Positions 39,720-49,142 of a stretch of 58,540 nt of DNA are shown here, in pieces. Source of the DNA: an uncultured Oscillibacter sp. (GTDB taxonomy: Bacteria > Bacillota > Clostridia > Oscillospirales > Oscillospiraceae). The translations under genes were made by a program, and so were the position numbers. The stretch is from contig CATNDT010000002.1 in NCBI GenBank assembly GCA_950097035.1, forward strand, positions 1-58,540, read 5' to 3'. The notes below the pieces were generated by a model, which worked only from the letters and a program-made list of their open reading frames with translations, was not told the DNA's origin and searched no databases. Positions within the stretch are counted from its first letter, which is position 1. Every line of letters starts with the position of its first letter.

Positions 39720-40460
39720 TTACCAGTGGCCCACTTCGGTGCGCATGTGCACGCGCTTGACCCCCATCTGTATATTGAACAGGATCTTGTTCAGAGAGGT
39801 GATCTCCTCCTCCGTCAGCTGGGCAAATAGAAAGCCATATCGAAACTGTCCGGGGGTGTACTCCGCACAGCGGACGATCTGTCCTAAAAAGTTCATGGGG
39901 GCATAGTCATCCAGCTGGACCCGAAGCCGCAGCACCTCATCCTCCATATGGATATATTCCGACTGTACACACGCGCCGCCGGTGCTGATATCCACCAGAA
40001 TGCATTCCTCCGGATTTTTGTAGTGCTCATCGTCCTGCCGGTACAGAGATACCGGCACATTGACCGGCAGGCGGAAGGAATCCCGGGTTTCTGCGTGGGT
40101 CTCCACCTGTATATTTTTGAGCTTGAAAATAATCCGGGTGGATTCCTCCACCGTAGCCCGGAGGCTGACGGGGATCATTTTTTTATCATAGCCGTTAACC
40201 AGCACTGTGGCGCCGATACTGCAGGTTTTAAAGGCCAGGCCGCCCGGCAGCCGTTCCAGCGTGAGGGTGGTGGGAGCTATGGATGTGACTCTTCCGGAAA
40301 GCAGCGCTATGCCGTCGGCAGTGGTTACGTCAAGGCGCATGCCCTCAAACAGCTCTCCGGTGGGGGCGCTCTGTGTTTGGGATTGCCCGGAGCTCCCTTC
40401 CAAACCGGTTTCCTCGTCGCCCTCATAGTCTCTGGAGAAGAGGGATGAAAAAATACCCAT
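39720..40460 (-). CDS. PilZ-domain c-di-GMP-binding protein (YcgR/MotI-like)
   Basis: RDSFR (RxxxR) and DISTGG (DxSxxG) in the C-terminal domain. Confidence 0.85.
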   Translation of the reverse strand: MGIFSSLFSRDYEGDEETGLEGSSGQSQTQSAPTGELFEGMRLDVTTADGIALLSGRVTSIAPTTLTLERLPGGLAFKTCSIGATVLVNGYDKKMIPVSLRATVEESTRIIFKLKNIQVETHAETRDSFRLPVNVPVSLYRQDDEHYKNPEECILVDISTGGACVQSEYIHMEDEVLRLRVQLDDYAPMNFLGQIVRCAEYTPGQFRYGFLFAQLTEEEITSLNKILFNIQMGVKRVHMRTEVGHW

Positions 40461-40536
40461 AGGATACAGCCCTTTCCTTTGGATTTTGGTATAGCGTGGA
40501 GTGTGTGCCCCGAAGGGGGCGGAAGAATCCGCCGCC

Positions 40537-41841
40537 TCAGTGACGGGGCGTCAGTTTTTCCGTGCCGCCCATATAGGGCTGCAGCACCTGGGGGATCAGC
40601 ACCGTGCCGTCGGACTGGAGATTGTTCTCCAAAAAGGCAATCAGCATCCGGGGCGGTGCGACACAGGTGTTGTTCAACGTGTGGCACAGCTGGGTTTTGC
40701 CGTTTTCGTCCCGGTAACGGATCCGCAGCCGCCGGGCCTGGGCGTCGCCCAGGTTGGAACAGGAGCAAACCTCGAAAAATTTTTGCTGCCGGGGGGACCA
40801 GGCCTCAATGTCGCAGGATTTTACCTTCAGATCTGCCAGATCGCCGGAGCAGCACTCCAGCTGCCGTACGGGAATGTCCAGAGATTGGAACAGCTCCACA
40901 GAGTATCGCCACAGCTTTTCATACCAGTCTGCGGACTCCTCGGGTTTGCAGACCACGATCATCTCCTGCTTTTCAAACTGGTGGATGCGGTAGATTCCCC
41001 GCTCTTCAATGCCGTGGGCGCCCTTTTCCTTTCGGAAGCAGGGGGAGTAGGAGGTGAGGGTTTGCGGCAGCTTTTCACCGGGGAGGATCTGGTCGATAAA
41101 CCGGCCGATCATGGAGTGCTCGGAGGTGCCAATGAGATACAGATCCTCGCCCTCGATCTTATACATCATGCCGTCCATGTCTGTCTGACTCATTACCCCC
41201 TCCACCACATTACCGTGGATCATGAAGGGCGGGATGCAGTAGGTAAAGCCCTTGCTGATCATAAAGTCCCGGCCATAGGCCAGCACCGCCTCGTGGAGCC
41301 GGGCGATATCGCCGAGAAGATAGTAGAAGCCATTTCCGGCGACCCGGCCGGCGGCGTCCATATCGATTCCGTCGAAGGACTCCATGATCTCGGTATGATA
41401 GGGGATGGGGAAGTCCGGCGTTTTTGGCTGGCCGAAGCGCTGCACCTCCACATTCTCTCCGTCATCCCTGCCGATGGGAACGGAGGGGTCGATCATCTGG
41501 GGAATCAGCAGCATTTTGCCGTGCAGCTCCGTCTCCAGGGAGGCCTCCTGCTTTTCCAGCTCCGCCAGGCGATCCGCCTGCTCCTTTACCTGCCTTTTTA
41601 CCGCCTCTGCCTCCTGCAGCTTGGCGGGGTCCTTTTTGCCCTGGCCCATCAGCATGCCGATCTGTTTGGAGAGGGTGTTGCGGGCGGCGCGGAGCTGGTC
41701 CGCCTCCGCAATGGCGGCGCGCCGTCTGGCGTCCAGAGCGATAACCTCATCTACCAGGGGGAGCTTGTTGTCCTGAAATTTTTTTTTGATGTTTTCTTTT
41801 ACCGCGTCCGGGTTTTCCCGGATGAATTTGATATCCAGCAT
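40537..41841 (-). CDS. serS: Serine-tRNA ligase
   Basis: MLDIKFIREN, LIGTSEH, CFRKE.G, RIHQFEKQE, HTLNNT. Confidence 0.98.
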   Translation of the reverse strand: MLDIKFIRENPDAVKENIKKKFQDNKLPLVDEVIALDARRRAAIAEADQLRAARNTLSKQIGMLMGQGKKDPAKLQEAEAVKRQVKEQADRLAELEKQEASLETELHGKMLLIPQMIDPSVPIGRDDGENVEVQRFGQPKTPDFPIPYHTEIMESFDGIDMDAAGRVAGNGFYYLLGDIARLHEAVLAYGRDFMISKGFTYCIPPFMIHGNVVEGVMSQTDMDGMMYKIEGEDLYLIGTSEHSMIGRFIDQILPGEKLPQTLTSYSPCFRKEKGAHGIEERGIYRIHQFEKQEMIVVCKPEESADWYEKLWRYSVELFQSLDIPVRQLECCSGDLADLKVKSCDIEAWSPRQQKFFEVCSCSNLGDAQARRLRIRYRDENGKTQLCHTLNNTCVAPPRMLIAFLENNLQSDGTVLIPQVLQPYMGGTEKLTPRH

Positions 41842-41883
41842 AGTGTTTCACCTCAAATATAGATCAGTGGGTAACGGGTAAGA

Positions 41884-41899
41884 TGTTTCACGTGAAACA
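41884..41899. other. parS centromere site
   Basis: Perfect palindrome TGTTTCACGTGAAACA. Confidence 0.95.
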
Positions 41900-42466
41900 T
41901 CAGGTGGGATCCTCCTCCGCCAGCTGTGTCTCTGTGGACTGTTTCAGCAGCTCGTACTGCCTGCCGGGAGACGGGCTGTCCGGATAACGGTCATCCCCCG
42001 CGGATACGGGCAGCAGAGCGCCATAGCCGTTGGACTCCATCTGCTCTATCTTTGCCCGACAGGCCTCGTAATCGCCGCTGTCGTAGAGCTGCTGCAAACA
42101 GAGTAGAGAGGCGTATGCCTGATTTGTCTTTTCACTCTGATCCAGCTCTGTCCGGAGGTCATGCAGTTCTCTTTCCAGAGACTCCATGCTTTTTTGTGTC
42201 TCCACCAGCTCTTTTTGCACTGCTATCAGCTCCTCCCGGGTGTTTTGTGCGGTCTGCATGGCGGTGACGGAATCCCGCAGCTGCCCCAGGGCCTCGGTGT
42301 TGTCCCGCTGATGGACCAGAAGGGAGAGGGCCATCAGCAAAAACGCCACGATAAACAGGATTAAAATATAGATGATGACAGGCTTTTTGCCCTCAGGCCG
42401 GGTGATTGACGACTCCTGCGGTGAGGAAGCGGGAGCCGCTGCGCTGTCGCGCCGCTTCAGGCTCAT
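41900..42466 (-). CDS. Hypothetical single-pass membrane coiled-coil protein
   Basis: TM segment VIIYILILFIVAFLLMALSLLV followed by a heptad-rich Q/E/L segment. ATG overlaps the parB stop. Confidence 0.85.
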   Translation of the reverse strand: MSLKRRDSAAAPASSPQESSITRPEGKKPVIIYILILFIVAFLLMALSLLVHQRDNTEALGQLRDSVTAMQTAQNTREELIAVQKELVETQKSMESLERELHDLRTELDQSEKTNQAYASLLCLQQLYDSGDYEACRAKIEQMESNGYGALLPVSAGDDRYPDSPSPGRQYELLKQSTETQLAEEDPT

Positions 42467-43350
42467 GTCTCCTGTCCTTTCCGCACGCCTGGCGTCCGCA
42501 AAAGGGCCAGCGCCTCTAAAAGGCCGTTCAGATCATCCAGACCGTAGTACTCCAATTCGATCCGGCCCTTTTTTTTGCCGGTGACGATCTTCACGCCCCG
42601 GCCCAGCCGGGAGGACAGGTCCTTTTGGGCCTCGGCAGTGTAGTCTACTCCTGCAGGGGGCGTTTTGTGCTCTTTTTTCTCGGCGGCCAGCCGTTTTGCC
42701 AGAGCCTCGGTCTGCCGAACAGACAGCCCGCCGGAAATCACGGCGGCTGCCGCGTTTTCCTGCACGGTGGGGGACAGGGGCAGCAGCGCTCTGGCGTGTC
42801 CGGCTGAGAGCTGGCCCTCCTCCACGAGGTTTCGCACAGAGGGGGTGAGGCCGAGCAGCCGCAGGGCGTTTGCCACGGCGCTGCGGGACTTTCCCACCCG
42901 CTGAGCGGCCTCCTCCTGGGTCATGTGGTAGTTCTCCATCAGGGCTTGAAAGCCGGCGGCCTCCTCCATGGGATTCAGATCTTCCCGCTGGAGGTTTTCG
43001 ATCATCGCCAGCTCCGCGGCCTTGCGGTCATCGGCCTCGATGACAATGGCGGGAACCTCCTGCAGGCCTGCCAGCCGCGCCGCCCGCCAGCGCCGCTCTC
43101 CGGCGATGATTTGATAGTAACCGGAGGAGAGCTTTCGCACCGTCAGGGGCTGGATAATCCCATGCTCCCGGATGGATTCCGCCAGCTCTGCCAGCGTTGC
43201 CTCGTCAAAAAGCTTGCGGGGCTGGGAGGAGCAGCTCTCCACCTGGGAGATGGGCAGCAGCAGGCTGCCGGAGGATTCGGTTTTTAACACATCGTCGCCC
43301 AGAAGGGCGCCGAGGCCCCGGCCAAGGCCGGTGGGCTTTTTGGATGCCAT
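42463..43350 (-). CDS. parB: Chromosome partitioning protein ParB/Spo0J
   Basis: GLGRGLGALL, IIAGERRWRAA, ENLQREDL, GKSRSAVAN, GHARALL. Confidence 0.97.
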   Translation of the reverse strand: MASKKPTGLGRGLGALLGDDVLKTESSGSLLLPISQVESCSSQPRKLFDEATLAELAESIREHGIIQPLTVRKLSSGYYQIIAGERRWRAARLAGLQEVPAIVIEADDRKAAELAMIENLQREDLNPMEEAAGFQALMENYHMTQEEAAQRVGKSRSAVANALRLLGLTPSVRNLVEEGQLSAGHARALLPLSPTVQENAAAAVISGGLSVRQTEALAKRLAAEKKEHKTPPAGVDYTAEAQKDLSSRLGRGVKIVTGKKKGRIELEYYGLDDLNGLLEALALLRTPGVRKGQET

Positions 43351-43371
43351 GTTTGCTCCTTTCAGCGCTTG

Positions 43372-44130
43372 TTACGCGCCCTGCTTCTTCAAAAATTCCG
43401 TGGCCAAAGTTATATAGGATTCCGCGCCCCGGGAAGTGCGGTCATAGGCGGTGATGGGCTTCCCGTGGCTGGGGGCCTCGGAGAGACGGACGTTTCGGGG
43501 AATCACAGTGGCATAGACCTTGCCGGGGAAGTAGTGCTTCACCTCTTCCGCCACCTGCAGCGAGAGATTGGTGCGCCCGTCAAACATAGTCAGCAAAACG
43601 CCCTCCAGCTCCAGCTTGGGGTTGAGGGAGCGGCGAACAATGCGGACGGTGTTCATCAGATCGCTGAGCCCTTCCAGGGCAAAATACTCCCCCTGGACCG
43701 GGACCAGAATCGTGTCGGCGGCGCAGAGCGCATTTAAAGTCAGCAGCTCCAGAGAGGGGGGGCAGTCGATAAACAGATAGTCGTATTGTCCGCTCACCTG
43801 GTTCAGAGCGTCTTTCAGCAAAAACTCCCGCCGCTCCATGTTGATCAGTTCAATGCCGGCGCCTGCCAATGCCTTGTTGGAGGGAAGCACGTCCCCAAAG
43901 CGGGTGTGGACCAGGGCGCTGGCGGCAGGAATCTCGCCGATCAGCACCTCATAGATCCCCTTGGATACGGTTTTGTCTACGCCCATACCGGAGGTGGAAT
44001 TGGCCTGCGGGTCAAAGTCGCACAGCAGCACCCGCTTTTCTGCCTCCGTAAGGGCCGCGGCCAGATTTACGCAGGTGGTCGTCTTCCCAACGCCGCCCTT
44101 TTGATTGACAATTGCAATGATTTTTGCCAC
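43372..44130 (-). CDS. parA: Chromosome partitioning ATPase ParA/Soj
   Basis: NQKGGVGKTT, DPQAN, IDCPPSL, IPRNVRLSEAPSHG. GTG start. Promoter TTGCAA-N17-TATAAT at 44280-44308. Confidence 0.97.
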   Translation of the reverse strand: MAKIIAIVNQKGGVGKTTTCVNLAAALTEAEKRVLLCDFDPQANSTSGMGVDKTVSKGIYEVLIGEIPAASALVHTRFGDVLPSNKALAGAGIELINMERREFLLKDALNQVSGQYDYLFIDCPPSLELLTLNALCAADTILVPVQGEYFALEGLSDLMNTVRIVRRSLNPKLELEGVLLTMFDGRTNLSLQVAEEVKHYFPGKVYATVIPRNVRLSEAPSHGKPITAYDRTSRGAESYITLATEFLKKQGA

Positions 44131-44351
44131 AAAGGCACCTACTTTCCATGATCCAGGCTCAGGCGCGCTCTTCAAACCGGACCGACAGGGGAAAACGGCC
44201 GCTATATCCGGCGCGGAGCAGAGAATGACTGGAATCCGATGTAATTGGTTTTGCACCGGCAAAACGTTGTTCTTGAGCCATTATATCAGGGCGGAAAGAC
44301 GCTTGCAAGGTATAAAATACAAAAATGTAAAAATTTATAGATCCTTTAAAA

Positions 44352-44367
44352 TGTTTCACGTGAAACA
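44352..44367. other. parS centromere site
   Basis: Perfect palindrome TGTTTCACGTGAAACA. Confidence 0.95.
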
Positions 44368-44395
44368 TGGGGAGGACAAAAAGAAAAAGCGGCAC

Positions 44396-44411
44396 TGTTT
44401 CACGTGAAACA
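44396..44411. other. parS centromere site
   Basis: Perfect palindrome TGTTTCACGTGAAACA. Confidence 0.95.
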
Positions 44412-44423
44412 ATGCCGCCGGGT

Positions 44424-46292
44424 TTAACACAGCAAAAGCCCGCCGTATGGCGGAAGCACCAGCTCCAAGGTGCCGCCTTCCAAAGAGAAACGCCGCCCGG
44501 AGAGCAGCTCCTCCGCTGTTCCCTCCGCCCAGGGGAGGGAGAGGGGGGCTTCGTCCGCCCCGGCATTGACGGCGGTGACCAGCCGCCGGCCATCCAGCTC
44601 CCGGGCAAAGACCAACAGGGGACCGGCGGCTGCAATCCACTGCAAATCGCCCCGCCGCAGAGGAGGGTGCTGCCGGCGCAGTTTCCCCAGGATCCGGAAC
44701 CAGGCGAGCAGATCCGCATCCTCCTGCCCCCAGGGGTAGGTCCCCCGGTTGAAGGGGTCTTCAAACCCCTCCATGCCGGCCTCATCCCCATAAAACACCG
44801 TGGGCGTACCGGGAAATGTAAACAATACCAGTGCAGCCAGCCGCAGCAGGGCCGTGCCCCGCGTCCGCTCATCGGGGGAGAGGCGGTATTCCGCCCGCGC
44901 CTCTCGGCTCTCCGGCACGCGGTCTGCGCCCAGCACAGTCAACACCCGGGGCGTATCGTGAGTGCCCAGAAAGTTCATGGCGGAGTAAAAAGCCGCAGGA
45001 GGGTAGTTTTCCCGCAGGGTCTCCATGGCCTCCTGAAAGCAGGTGGCCTCGCCGCCCTGCAGAAACTCCAGCAGGGCTGTGCGGAAGGGGTAGTTCATTA
45101 CGCCGTGCAGCTCCCGGCCCAGAAGATACCGCCGCCGCCGGGAATAGGCGATTTTGGTGCTGGCGTCCTCCCAGACCTCTCCCAGCAAAAAGGCATCCGG
45201 AAAATCCTGATCCATTACAGAACGGATCTTTTCGATAAACCAGTCCGGCAGCTCGTCCGCCACGTCCAGACGCCAGCCTGAGGCCCCGGAACGCAGCCAG
45301 CGGCGAATGATGGAGTGCTCGCCTTGAATAATATAGTCGATATAGCCGGGACTCTCCTCCCGGACGGCGGGCAGCGTGCGGATGCCCCACCAGGCGTCGT
45401 AATCCGTGGGCCAGGGGTGAAAGGAGAACCAATCGGCATAGGGACTGTCTGTGCTTTGGGCAGCGCCTGTGGTTGGATAAAAGCCGTCCTCATTAAAATA
45501 AAGGCTTTGAGAGCCGGTGTGATTGAACACACCGTCCAGAATCACCCGGATACCAAGTTCAGCCGCCCTGCCGCAAAGAGAGATAAAATCCGCCTCCGTG
45601 CCCAGCATAGGGTCGATCCTGGAGTAGTCGGCCGTGTTGTAGCGGTGGTTGGAGGCGGATTCAAAAATAGGGCAGAGATAGAGCGTGGTCACGCCCATAT
45701 CCGCAAGATAGGGCAGCTTAGAGGAGATTCCTGCGAGGGAACCGCCAAAAAAGTCCCGGTTTCTGATCTCCCCGTCCGGATCCGGCTGCCAGACCGGCGA
45801 GTCATTCCACTCCTGGTGTACCCAACGGTTGCCCACCATACCGGTGGGGTCAGGGACAAGGAGGCGGCAAAACCGGTCGGGAAAGATTTGATACGACACA
45901 CCCTCGCCAAACCAGCGGGGAACGGGAGTGTCCTCATACACGGTCAGCTGCCAGGGGTCCACCAGCCCGTCGGCCCGATAGCCGGAGCGGTCCAGATCAC
46001 AGCCGGAGCCGTCATCCCGCCAGAGACGGAAGTGATACCAGATGAGATCCGGCTCGTCCGGCGCGGGGACGGTGAGGGAAAAACGGACGCGCTCCTCCTC
46101 CCGGCCAGACGGCAGGAGTTCGATCTGCCGCTCCGTCTCGGAAAATTCGCCCCGCAGGACGATGGCGCAGTGGGAAAAGCACTCGGAAGCCAGAGGGCGG
46201 CAGTGAAAGACGATCTCCTGCCCGCAGGCGGCGGCACCAAAGGGAGATTTGCAGAGGGTGCAGCGGGGGTCAAATACAAACGGTTCGCTCAT
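44424..46292 (-). CDS. GH13 alpha-amylase family enzyme (neopullulanase/amylopullulanase-like)
   Basis: YQIFPDRF, DGVFNH, GWRLDVADE, GEVWED, GTHDT. Start moved to MSEPF (RBS AAGGAG). Confidence 0.92.
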   Translation of the reverse strand: MSEPFVFDPRCTLCKSPFGAAACGQEIVFHCRPLASECFSHCAIVLRGEFSETERQIELLPSGREEERVRFSLTVPAPDEPDLIWYHFRLWRDDGSGCDLDRSGYRADGLVDPWQLTVYEDTPVPRWFGEGVSYQIFPDRFCRLLVPDPTGMVGNRWVHQEWNDSPVWQPDPDGEIRNRDFFGGSLAGISSKLPYLADMGVTTLYLCPIFESASNHRYNTADYSRIDPMLGTEADFISLCGRAAELGIRVILDGVFNHTGSQSLYFNEDGFYPTTGAAQSTDSPYADWFSFHPWPTDYDAWWGIRTLPAVREESPGYIDYIIQGEHSIIRRWLRSGASGWRLDVADELPDWFIEKIRSVMDQDFPDAFLLGEVWEDASTKIAYSRRRRYLLGRELHGVMNYPFRTALLEFLQGGEATCFQEAMETLRENYPPAAFYSAMNFLGTHDTPRVLTVLGADRVPESREARAEYRLSPDERTRGTALLRLAALVLFTFPGTPTVFYGDEAGMEGFEDPFNRGTYPWGQEDADLLAWFRILGKLRRQHPPLRRGDLQWIAAAGPLLVFARELDGRRLVTAVNAGADEAPLSLPWAEGTAEELLSGRRFSLEGGTLELVLPPYGGLLLC

Positions 46293-46332
46293 GGAAAAAC
46301 TCCTTGTATGGAAATTAAAGCAGCCCGGACCG

Positions 46333-48582
46333 TCAGGAGAGGAGCTGATTTTCACCGGTAATGACGAGGTCGCTCTCATCGGCCATAAAGTAGGCGTTGA
46401 GGATGTTTACGGCGGTGGTGGCCAGCCGGGAGCCGGAATTACCCTGCTCAATCACCAGGGCCACGGCAATTTCCGGCTCGTCATAGGGGGCAAAGCAGAC
46501 GAAAGTACCGTTGTTAGTGATGTCGGAGCCCAGCTGAACGGTGCCGGTTTTTGCCCCGGCATCCACAACGCAGTTGCGGAAATAAGGGGCAAGACTGCCG
46601 GTGGTCAGGTCGTGCATACCGGATTTCACGGCGTTGAGGGTGCTCTCGCTGATGTCAATGACATTGGAGGGCTCCCTGTTGCCCACCGCCACCACCTGGG
46701 AATTATCATAGGTTTTTACTGTTTTGAGCAGGTGGGCGTCATAGTGTTTGCCGCCGGAGGCCAGAGTGGCCACATAATTTGCCATTTGGAGAGGCGTAAA
46801 CAGGTTGTCCGACTGGCCGATCGCGGCCTGCACGGTGTCGCCGCCATACCAGATGCCGCCCCGCCGCTCCCGCTCCTCGGGGCTTGCCAGAAGACCGCTG
46901 TCGTCACCGATCTCAATGCCGGTGCTCTTTCCAAGTCCAAAGGCCCCGGCGTATTTGCCGATCTTATCAATGCCCAGGCGGTACCCCATCTCATGGAAAA
47001 AACTGTTGCAGGAATTGGTGATGGCCTGGGTAACATTGAGGCGGCCGTGTCCGCTGCGGTACCAGCACCAAAAGCGCCACTGCTGGGTGCCGGCGATCTG
47101 GTCCGGATAGATCCAGTATCCCGGGTCCGGAATCCGCTCCGTCAAAGAGACCACACCCTCCTCCAGCGCCGCCACCGCCACCAGGGGTTTGAAGATAGAG
47201 CCGGGAGAATAGCGGCCCATGGTGGCCCGGTTCATCAACGGCTTGGATTCGGTGTCGCCGTTTAGCAGGGTGCGATAGGCACTGTCCTGCTGATAGGCGG
47301 CCAGGTCGTATGTGGGGTAGGAGACCAGGGCCAGCACTTCTCCGGTGCCCACTTTTACCACCGCCAGACCGGCGCCCCGGGAGGTGTTGCCGTCCTCCTC
47401 ACTCATGGCGATGACGGTCTCAGCCAGGGCCTCTTCCGCTGCCTGCTGGAATTTCAGGTCGATAGTCAGCTCCACATTGTTGCCGGGCTGAGGGGCCTTG
47501 CTGTAGTACTCGCCGGTGATCTTTCCGTCGCTGTTGGTGGAGACCACCCGCCGCCCGTCGGTGCCCCGGAGATAGTCCTCAAAGGCGGCCTCGGCGCCAG
47601 AGCGGCCAATCGTGTCATCTCCCCGGTAACCCTTGGCCCGCAGCGCCTCCATATCGTCCGTAGCGTAAATGGGACCCACCATACCCAAAATGTGGGCGGC
47701 GTGCTCTGTTTCGATCTCCCGGGCATAGGAGCTGGTGACTTTAGCTCCGGCATAGCCGCCGTCGTTAATCAGGGAGATAAACGCCATGTCGATGTCCTCT
47801 GCCAGAATATAGGCCACTGTGGTGTCCAGATTCCGCAGGCGCAGCTCATACTGAATGCCCAGTATCAACCGGGCCTCCTGCAAAGAGAGGGTGGGGGAGA
47901 GGTTAAAATCCTCCCGCATCCACTCCAGCAGCGTCTGCGGGGTAATACCCGCGTCGATCAGGAAACGGGCCGTCAGATGCTTGCCGGAAAGATTTTTCAG
48001 CAAAGCCTCTCCCAGTTTTTTGGCGGCGGCCTCCTCGGACAGCTCCTCATCCAGCCACTGGTCCGCCTGTGGAAGAGGCTCTTCGTCCTCATCGGAGGCC
48101 ACGGTCTCCGGGTGCAGGAGGAGGTACTCCGTCAGTGCGGCCCTGGAGAGCTTGAGATCCTTGAGATAGGAGAGAAAGCGGTTTTTCTGCAGGTCACTTA
48201 GCTGATCCAGCGTGTAGACATAGGGCAGCTGGCGGGAGACGGGCAGATTTTCCACCCACTCCACCCCGCTTTTTTGGCACAGCTCCACCAGACGCAAAAT
48301 GGCCTCGTTCTGATCGTCCCCGGTTTTTAAAAGACTGGGGTCAAAGGTCAGATTGTAGGTGGAACGATTGGATACCAGCGTTCGCCCATTCCGGTCGGTG
48401 ATAATGCCCCGGGAGGCCTCCACCTGTTCCCCCCGGGCAATGGAACGGACGGACTGCGTAGCGTATTCCTTGTAGTTCACCACCTGGGTATTGTAAAGGA
48501 CGCCTGTATAGGCCAACAAAACGGCCACCAGAAATGTACCCAGAAGATATAGGCGGAAATTACCAGATTCTCTTTGATCCAT
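46333..48582 (-). CDS. mrdA: Class B penicillin-binding protein 2 (elongasome)
   Basis: RGIITDRNG, SIFK (SxxK), SCN (SxN), KTGT; follows mreC-mreD. Confidence 0.9.
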   Translation of the reverse strand: MDQRESGNFRLYLLGTFLVAVLLAYTGVLYNTQVVNYKEYATQSVRSIARGEQVEASRGIITDRNGRTLVSNRSTYNLTFDPSLLKTGDDQNEAILRLVELCQKSGVEWVENLPVSRQLPYVYTLDQLSDLQKNRFLSYLKDLKLSRAALTEYLLLHPETVASDEDEEPLPQADQWLDEELSEEAAAKKLGEALLKNLSGKHLTARFLIDAGITPQTLLEWMREDFNLSPTLSLQEARLILGIQYELRLRNLDTTVAYILAEDIDMAFISLINDGGYAGAKVTSSYAREIETEHAAHILGMVGPIYATDDMEALRAKGYRGDDTIGRSGAEAAFEDYLRGTDGRRVVSTNSDGKITGEYYSKAPQPGNNVELTIDLKFQQAAEEALAETVIAMSEEDGNTSRGAGLAVVKVGTGEVLALVSYPTYDLAAYQQDSAYRTLLNGDTESKPLMNRATMGRYSPGSIFKPLVAVAALEEGVVSLTERIPDPGYWIYPDQIAGTQQWRFWCWYRSGHGRLNVTQAITNSCNSFFHEMGYRLGIDKIGKYAGAFGLGKSTGIEIGDDSGLLASPEERERRGGIWYGGDTVQAAIGQSDNLFTPLQMANYVATLASGGKHYDAHLLKTVKTYDNSQVVAVGNREPSNVIDISESTLNAVKSGMHDLTTGSLAPYFRNCVVDAGAKTGTVQLGSDITNNGTFVCFAPYDEPEIAVALVIEQGNSGSRLATTAVNILNAYFMADESDLVITGENQLLS

Positions 48583-48609
48583 GAAAACTCCTTGAGATTG
48601 ATCCGCGGA

Positions 48610-49122
48610 TCAATCGTCCAGATGGGTGCGGCGATAGACCGCCTGAAACAGCACGGTAACGGGAAAGGCCAGCGGAAGGGTGACGCAGAATTCCCGCAGG
48701 GCCAAAAAAGCACCGGTCTCCCAGGCGGCTTTGCCGCGGCTCCAGAGAACAAAGCAGGCAAAGCTGTCTGTGAGAAAAAAGGCGATGGCGGTGGAGACCA
48801 GAGAGCAGAGGAACCCGGCCTGCAGAAAACTCTGAGCAAGCAGGGAGGAAAACAGCCCCACAAAGGGAAAGACCAGGGTGTAAAAGCAGGGAATAGGGGC
48901 GGGCAGCAGCAGGTCGCAGAAAACGCCCAGCGCCAGAGAAAAGATAGTGCCGGAGGTTGGGCGCTCCTGAGTGGCGGAGACCGCCGCCAGCATGGGACAG
49001 ACAAATGGAATTACGCCCCATACGCAGATCCGCTGGAGTACCGTTCCCTGCACCGCAAGGCACAGCGCCGTAGCGGCGCTGTAGAGGAGCCATTTGAAAA
49101 TCGTCTCGTTTCGCGCCAGCAA
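48610..49122 (-). CDS. mreD: Rod shape-determining protein MreD
   Basis: 170-aa polytopic membrane protein with G.FCDLL, lying between mreC and PBP2. Confidence 0.8.
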   Translation of the reverse strand: MLARNETIFKWLLYSAATALCLAVQGTVLQRICVWGVIPFVCPMLAAVSATQERPTSGTIFSLALGVFCDLLLPAPIPCFYTLVFPFVGLFSSLLAQSFLQAGFLCSLVSTAIAFFLTDSFACFVLWSRGKAAWETGAFLALREFCVTLPLAFPVTVLFQAVYRRTHLDD

Positions 49123-49142
49123 GAAGCGGTCCCCCTTTCCCG

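Noticed and set aside
41884-44411. Repeated 16-bp palindrome as CRISPR repeats or IS ends
   Set aside because: It is the exact parS consensus beside parAB, with irregular spacing and no cas or transposase gene.
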